32,000 nt of DNA from Aliivibrio fischeri ES114. GTDB taxonomy: Bacteria > Pseudomonadota > Gammaproteobacteria > Enterobacterales > Vibrionaceae. The position numbers were made by a program, and so were the translations under genes. The stretch lies in assembly GCF_000011805.1 (NCBI RefSeq), contig NC_006841.2; one strand, written 5' to 3'. This document shows positions 26,220 through 32,000 of the stretch, piece after piece (position 1 is the first letter of the stretch; the number at the start of each line of letters is the position of its first letter). The notes beneath the pieces were generated by a model. The model saw nothing but the letters and a program-made list of their open reading frames with translations, did no database searches and was not told where the DNA came from.

Positions 26220-26234
26220 TTAACCTATTTTCAA

Positions 26235-26816
26235 TTAGAAATGATCAAAATAAATATGCTGTGCTTGCCACTCTACTTTTTCAACATTATCAAACAAAAG
26301 ATATTTGGCTACGGTAAAGGCAAATTCAAAGCTCACTCCAAGACCTTTACCACTGATGAATTTTCCATCAACAACCACTTTCTTATCTTGGAAACAACCA
26401 TCAGTAAATTTCTTTTCCAGTCCACCACCAGTTGTATAGTTTCGTCCATTAAGAAGGTGATTAGCGGCTAATACCTTAGCTCCAGATGAACATAACGCAC
26501 ATATGTATTTATCTTTCTCTATGTGGCACTTTAGAAAATCGATCACCATCGAATTTGCAGATAAGTTATCTGTTCCTTTAGGCCCTCCAGGCATCATGAC
26601 TGCGTCATAGAGAACATCTTTTTTGTCTTTTAGCGTATAATCTGCAGATATTCTTGTTTCAAAATAGGTTTCTAACGCCGTTGTTTCCATGCAAGATAAA
26701 ACATCAACCTTAATGTCTAAGCGACGCATTATATCGATAAAAACAACCGCTTCTCCCTCTTCAAAACCATCTGCAAGCAATACCGCAACGTGCTTTGTCA
26801 CTTGATTATTTTCCAT
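26235..26816 (-). CDS. DJ-1/PfpI family protein
   Basis: AVLLADGFEEGEAVVFIDIMRR, MMPGGPKGTDNL, ICALCSSGAKVLA (Cys nucleophile elbow). Confidence 0.9.
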   Translation of the reverse strand: MENNQVTKHVAVLLADGFEEGEAVVFIDIMRRLDIKVDVLSCMETTALETYFETRISADYTLKDKKDVLYDAVMMPGGPKGTDNLSANSMVIDFLKCHIEKDKYICALCSSGAKVLAANHLLNGRNYTTGGGLEKKFTDGCFQDKKVVVDGKFISGKGLGVSFEFAFTVAKYLLFDNVEKVEWQAQHIYFDHF

Positions 26817-27456
26817 CGTCATTACCCACCACTAAAGAACAAGTTTCACGTACATTTTTAGCAATAATGTCCCAATCATGATTCCGAATCGCTTCAGTTG
26901 GAGCTATCCATGTTCCTCCACAAGCAATCACTTGGGGAATGGCTAAGTAACTAAGTAGATTATTTGGATTCACTCCCCCTGTAGGCATGAGCTGAATATT
27001 TCCATAAGGCCCCGTTAATGACTTCAGCATATTCAAACCGCCTGAAGCTTCTGCTGGGAAAAACTTTAATGCAGATAATCCCATCTCTAATGCTTGTTCT
27101 ACCAAGCTTGGATTATTAACCCCCGGAATGATTTTGATATCGTTATCTAAACAATACTGAACGGTATTTGGATTAAAACCTGGACTAACCACAAAATCAG
27201 CTCCAGCTTCTGTTGCCAGCTGCGCTTGTTCTTTGGTTAATACGGTTCCTGCACATAACACAATATCTGGATACGCTTGACGAATACGACGAATTGACTC
27301 TTCTGCCGCTTCAGTTCTAAAGGTAATTTCAGCCGCAGGTAATCCATTTTCAACTAACGCTTTGGCTAACGGCACTGCATCTTCTGCGTTCTCAATTTGA
27401 ATCACAGGCATAACACGAAGTGCTCTTAACGTTTCTATCCATAAATTATTTTTCAT
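26806..27456 (-). CDS. eda: 2-dehydro-3-deoxyphosphogluconate (KDPG)/4-hydroxy-2-oxoglutarate aldolase
   Basis: 216 aa. AEITFRTEAAEESIRRIRQAYPDIVLCAGTVLT, GFNPNTVQYC, ALKFFPAEASGG, IQLMPTGGV. Confidence 0.93.
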   Translation of the reverse strand: MKNNLWIETLRALRVMPVIQIENAEDAVPLAKALVENGLPAAEITFRTEAAEESIRRIRQAYPDIVLCAGTVLTKEQAQLATEAGADFVVSPGFNPNTVQYCLDNDIKIIPGVNNPSLVEQALEMGLSALKFFPAEASGGLNMLKSLTGPYGNIQLMPTGGVNPNNLLSYLAIPQVIACGGTWIAPTEAIRNHDWDIIAKNVRETCSLVVGNDDGK

Positions 27457-28408
27457 TAATCTGTCCCATATCGGTAATTAGTGTTTGTAAGTAATCCATC
27501 GGAATAATGGCGCCTTTGTGCTGAATGACTTGAGAAGCAAGGCGATTACCCCAAGCACAACTTTCTGCCATGGACGCACCTTGACTGTATGCCGCAATAT
27601 AAGCTGCATTAAATGAATCCCCAGCCGCTGTCGTATCAACAAGCTTATCGACTGACTCCCCATCAACATAGCCGGATTTTCCCTCAAGAGTTGACCACAT
27701 CGCACCTTTAGCGCCGAGCTTCACGACCACATGCCCCACCCCTAGTGCATGCAGTCGATCCGCGACTTCTTTTTCTGGCATATTCGGTTTATCAAGGAGT
27801 AACTCTTCATCATCTCCTGTCACTAAAGCCATATCACTTAATCGGTATAAATTATCTAACCAAAACTTTGCATCCAGATTATTTTTCCATAATCTTGGAC
27901 GATAATTAGAATCCGTAATAATCGTTGCGCCATGTTTTTTTAATGTCGCTAATACGTCGAATAAAATTTCACGATCATGAGTCGGTAAAATAGCCAATGA
28001 AATACCAGATAAATAGATAATGTCTGCATCCATAATTTTGGCGATATTAGGCACAAATAAAAGGTGCTGACACATATACTTTGCAGCTGAATTGTCTCGC
28101 CAATAATGAAAACTACGTTCGCCTTTATCATCAATATTTATACTATATAGACCGGGTAGGCGCTCTTGGTCTCGCAATACCAGCGAACAATCTATATTTT
28201 CTTTCTCCCACGCTTTTAGCATCAAGGAACTGTACTGATCTTGACCTAACGCCGTTAGATAATAAGGGGAAACATGTGGAAGTAAGCGAGAGAGGTAAAC
28301 CGCAGTATTAAGCGTATCACCACCAAAAGATTGAGTTTGTGTAGAGAAAGCATTCCCACTAAGTTCAATCATACATTCACCAATAATGGTAATTTTCGTC
28401 TTTTTCAT
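27446..28408 (-). CDS. kdgK: 2-dehydro-3-deoxygluconokinase (PfkB family)
   Basis: MKKTKITIIGECMIELSG...FGGDTLNTAVYLSR...ENIDCSLVLRDQERLPGLYSINIDDKGERSFHYWRDNSAAK; DTTAAGDSFNAAY. Start set to MKKTK at 28408. Confidence 0.92.
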   Translation of the reverse strand: MKKTKITIIGECMIELSGNAFSTQTQSFGGDTLNTAVYLSRLLPHVSPYYLTALGQDQYSSLMLKAWEKENIDCSLVLRDQERLPGLYSINIDDKGERSFHYWRDNSAAKYMCQHLLFVPNIAKIMDADIIYLSGISLAILPTHDREILFDVLATLKKHGATIITDSNYRPRLWKNNLDAKFWLDNLYRLSDMALVTGDDEELLLDKPNMPEKEVADRLHALGVGHVVVKLGAKGAMWSTLEGKSGYVDGESVDKLVDTTAAGDSFNAAYIAAYSQGASMAESCAWGNRLASQVIQHKGAIIPMDYLQTLITDMGQINEK

Positions 28409-28504
28409 ACAATAACCTAAAAAAAGCCGCATTGATTCAATTAGAGGGTTTGATTAAATCAATGCGGCAAAACCATATAAGGCTAAAATGGAACAAAACT
28501 CGTA

Positions 28505-29371
<867 letters not shown>

Positions 29372-29387
29372 TCAAATTCTTCGTTTA

Positions 29388-29412
29388 CTTTCGCTATTAT
29401 ATTATTCGAAAG
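29388..29412. promoter_or_regulatory. Candidate operator upstream of kbaY
   Basis: Inverted repeat CTTTCG-N13-CGAAAG within TTCGTTTACTTTCGC, about 30-50 nt upstream of the aldolase start. Confidence 0.35.
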
Positions 29413-29554
29413 AAAACATAAATAAGATGAGCAAGATCACAGAACAAAAAATCAACGAAAGCAAATGAAAGCATTTTAATAAGATTAAATCCCATAACAT
29501 GCCCAAAATTAACTTTCGAAACCTTTCATTGTTTGTTTTATTAATCATTATGCA

Positions 29555-29592
29555 TAAAAAAGCCCAAACAGCAGCCATGCTATTTGGGCTTA
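29555..29592 (-). terminator. Rho-independent terminator downstream of the torZ-like gene
   Basis: Minus strand AGCCCAAA...TTTGGGCT followed by TTTTTT. Confidence 0.85.
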
Positions 29593-29615
29593 AATAAAAC
29601 GAGAAATTATTTACA

Positions 29616-32000
29616 TTACTGCGCGTCTTTAGCGTTAGCTTCAAGAAATGCCATTACCTCTTCTCGCTCTAATGGGTTTAACCCGGCACGAGGGAACATA
29701 CTTTTGGTAATACCATGCCATTGCGATTTAGTGTACTGCTTCGGATCTTTTGCAGAATGACACATAGTACAACGTTGATAAAACAGAGCTTCACCAACAC
29801 TCTGTTTGGTTTCACTCGAACTTGTATTTGCTTCACCAAGGGTGGTATTCACTTTATCGACACGAATATCACTGTCTACCGTCACCGTTCTTGGAGGTTC
29901 AAAGGCCAAGTTAGATGACTCAGGATCACGACAACGCTGAATATAAGCTAAGCAGGTATTGGCACTGTTTGCCTGACTTAAATCACTGCATGCTTGGCTT
30001 GATGTTAATACATTAATAGAACCACTATTGCATCGCCCTTGACTATCAAATTGCAGCCAAGCTCCCTCTTCTAAACTAATGACTCCGGGCATGATCTGAT
30101 CAGATACTTTTGCACCCGCAATAACACGTCCTCGCTCATTGTAGATTTCCACTAACTGCCCTGAACGAATACCGTGTTTTTGTGCATCCATGTCATTAAT
30201 CAGTACATACTGACGTCCTTGAACACTTTCATATTTACGAACCTCTGTATTTGCCAGCTGGGAGTGTAATCGCATGTAAGGATGAGGGCTCACAACATGA
30301 ACTTGGTTTGGTTTTGCGTTTCCTAAATATTCAAACGGTTCTAAAAATGTTGGCATTGGTGGACAATTTTTCACATCAAAATTTGCAATATCTTGGCAGT
30401 AAAGCTCTATTTTTCCTGATGTGGTATGCAAAGGATGCTTATCTGGATCTTGATAAAAATCACCATGTCTTACCCACTGATTTGCCTCTTGAGGTACAGG
30501 TAATAAAGCGACTCCATTTTTCCAAAACTCATCAAATGATAAGGTTGCTGATGAGGCGTGATAAGCACGTTTCAAAATATCATCAAACGCTAAACCATCT
30601 GTAAATTTCTCTTCAACATTGAATATCTCGGCTAATTTACGAAAGATTTCGAAATCATCAAGACTTTCACCGTAAGGCTTAATGACCTGACGCATAGCAT
30701 AAATTTTATCGTTACTGTACGTACCACCAGAAGAAAGATCATTACGCTCTAACGTACTGGTTGCAGGCAATACAATATCGGCATATCGAGAAGAAGCACA
30801 CCACCATGGGTCTTGGCAGACAAACGTTTCAACCTTTTCATTAAGTGCATTAATAAGTTCATTCGTATCTTGCTGATGAGAAAGAAGATTATTGCCTGCG
30901 TTATACACCATTTTGATATCAGGGTACGTGTATTCAATACCATCTCTAGTAAAGCTTTTTCCTGGATTCATCAGCATTTCAGAAATACGAGATGCAGGAC
31001 AAATCGCACTCACTGGATTTTTACCTTGAGATAAGCCAATAGGAAGTGTTTTCCCTGATTGTGGCATACCACCATTACCATAATGCCAACTAAAGCCAAC
31101 CCCTTCTCCCGGCTTACCAATTTTGCCTAGCATAGCTGCAAAATTAATGATCGCCCAATGGATCATCTCACCATGATCGGCTCTTTGTAATGACCAACCC
31201 GCCGCAAATTGGGTTTTACTGGTTGCGAATCGAATGGCCATTTTTTGAATATCCTCAGCAGGAATACCCGTGATCTTTGCAGCCCATTCTGGTGATTTTA
31301 CGATGCCATCATTTTTTCCCATTAAATGGTCGATGTATTTGTCAGCCCCTACGGTATAACGAGCCAAATAAGCGGTATCATGAAGATCGTTAACATAAAC
31401 ATGCTGTGCCATGGCTAAAAATAAAGCGGTATCTGTATTTGGAACAATTTTCACCCACTCCGCATCCAATTCATCATCGGTACGGGTCTGTTGTGGGTTA
31501 ATTGAAATAAACTGAATGCCATTTTCAGCAAACTGCTTCCAATGAGAATACATTTGATGATCCGCAACACGAAATTCAATGCGGTTGTTTTTCCAAGGAT
31601 CACAGCCTATCAGAACAAAGATTTCTGTGTTCTCTTGAATTACAGGCCATGCGGTTTGTGGTGAGTATACTTCCATATCACCAATAACATGAGGAAGAAT
31701 AACTTGTGAGGCACCACCAGAATAATCACCCGTCGTCGTACTCTGTCCACCAATTAGATTGAAAAAACGCCCTTGTAATACTTGAGGACGCATTAAACCA
31801 GCATGCGACCATCCACCATAAGAACTACTGAAAATAGCTTCATTCCCATGTTCTGTTGCAGTAGTTTGAATTGCATCAGCAACCAAAGATAAAGCGGTAT
31901 CCCAGCTAACTCGCACAAAAGGTTCTTTACCACGCAAGTGCGGTTTCGTATCCCCTTTTGGATCGGCTAAATAGGAAGCCCTTACCATCGGGTATTTAAC
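29616..32000 (-). CDS. torZ: Molybdopterin-dependent TMAO/DMSO/biotin sulfoxide reductase (TorZ/BisC-like), N-terminus truncated by the window, with C-terminal monoheme cytochrome c motif
   Basis: SSYGGWSHAGLMRPQVLQGRFFNLIGG, SLQRADHGEMIHWAIINFAAMLGKIGKPGEGVGFSWHY, and C-terminal ALFYQRCTMCHSAKDP. The frame is open past the ORF-track ATG to the window edge (VKYPMVRASYLADPK). Confidence 0.85.
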   Translation of the reverse strand, partial: VKYPMVRASYLADPKGDTKPHLRGKEPFVRVSWDTALSLVADAIQTTATEHGNEAIFSSSYGGWSHAGLMRPQVLQGRFFNLIGGQSTTTGDYSGGASQVILPHVIGDMEVYSPQTAWPVIQENTEIFVLIGCDPWKNNRIEFRVADHQMYSHWKQFAENGIQFISINPQQTRTDDELDAEWVKIVPNTDTALFLAMAQHVYVNDLHDTAYLARYTVGADKYIDHLMGKNDGIVKSPEWAAKITGIPAEDIQKMAIRFATSKTQFAAGWSLQRADHGEMIHWAIINFAAMLGKIGKPGEGVGFSWHYGNGGMPQSGKTLPIGLSQGKNPVSAICPASRISEMLMNPGKSFTRDGIEYTYPDIKMVYNAGNNLLSHQQDTNELINALNEKVETFVCQDPWWCASSRYADIVLPATSTLERNDLSSGGTYSNDKIYAMRQVIKPYGESLDDFEIFRKLAEIFNVEEKFTDGLAFDDILKRAYHASSATLSFDEFWKNGVALLPVPQEANQWVRHGDFYQDPDKHPLHTTSGKIELYCQDIANFDVKNCPPMPTFLEPFEYLGNAKPNQVHVVSPHPYMRLHSQLANTEVRKYESVQGRQYVLINDMDAQKHGIRSGQLVEIYNERGRVIAGAKVSDQIMPGVISLEEGAWLQFDSQGRCNSGSINVLTSSQACSDLSQANSANTCLAYIQRCRDPESSNLAFEPPRTVTVDSDIRVDKVNTTLGEANTSSSETKQSVGEALFYQRCTMCHSAKDPKQYTKSQWHGITKSMFPRAGLNPLEREEVMAFLEANAKDAQ

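Noticed and set aside
30251-30604. 117-aa plus-strand ORF antisense to the torZ-like gene
   Set aside because: This is an antisense shadow of a strongly recognised molybdoenzyme.

Overview
The window is an AT-rich Gammaproteobacterial segment with a Vibrionaceae/Aliivibrio-like gene style. Most of it can be read as known families: a YjjI/YjjW glycyl-radical enzyme pair; a manganese-exporter gene behind a yybP-ykoY riboswitch; a nitroreductase; L-serine dehydratase; a purine salvage cluster (NupC-type transporter, DeoD, GuaD, Crp/Fnr-like regulator); a BtuCDF/FecCD-type ABC transporter behind a cobalamin riboswitch, with a divergent PduO-like protein; a GGDEF protein; an MFS/LysR pair; a periplasmic YwqK/MORN-repeat protein; a KDPG/KDG/tagatose-bisphosphate module; and a truncated TMAO-reductase-type molybdoenzyme with a C-terminal CxxCH motif. 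The best candidate for an undescribed system is the AT-rich island at about 21283-26161: a solo Mor-like activator, a compact operon with two DUF2589-like proteins plus a 90-aa orphan, and a divergent pair encoding an MltF-like lytic transglycosylase and a GxSxG lipoprotein. The best hidden small-scale signal is a 9-codon ORF (MVFIIIIPP*) between the Mn riboswitch and mneA. It has its own Shine-Dalgarno, its stop overlaps the mneA start (TAATG), and a perfect 7-bp stem spans it. All family calls are by eye; no searches or folding were run.
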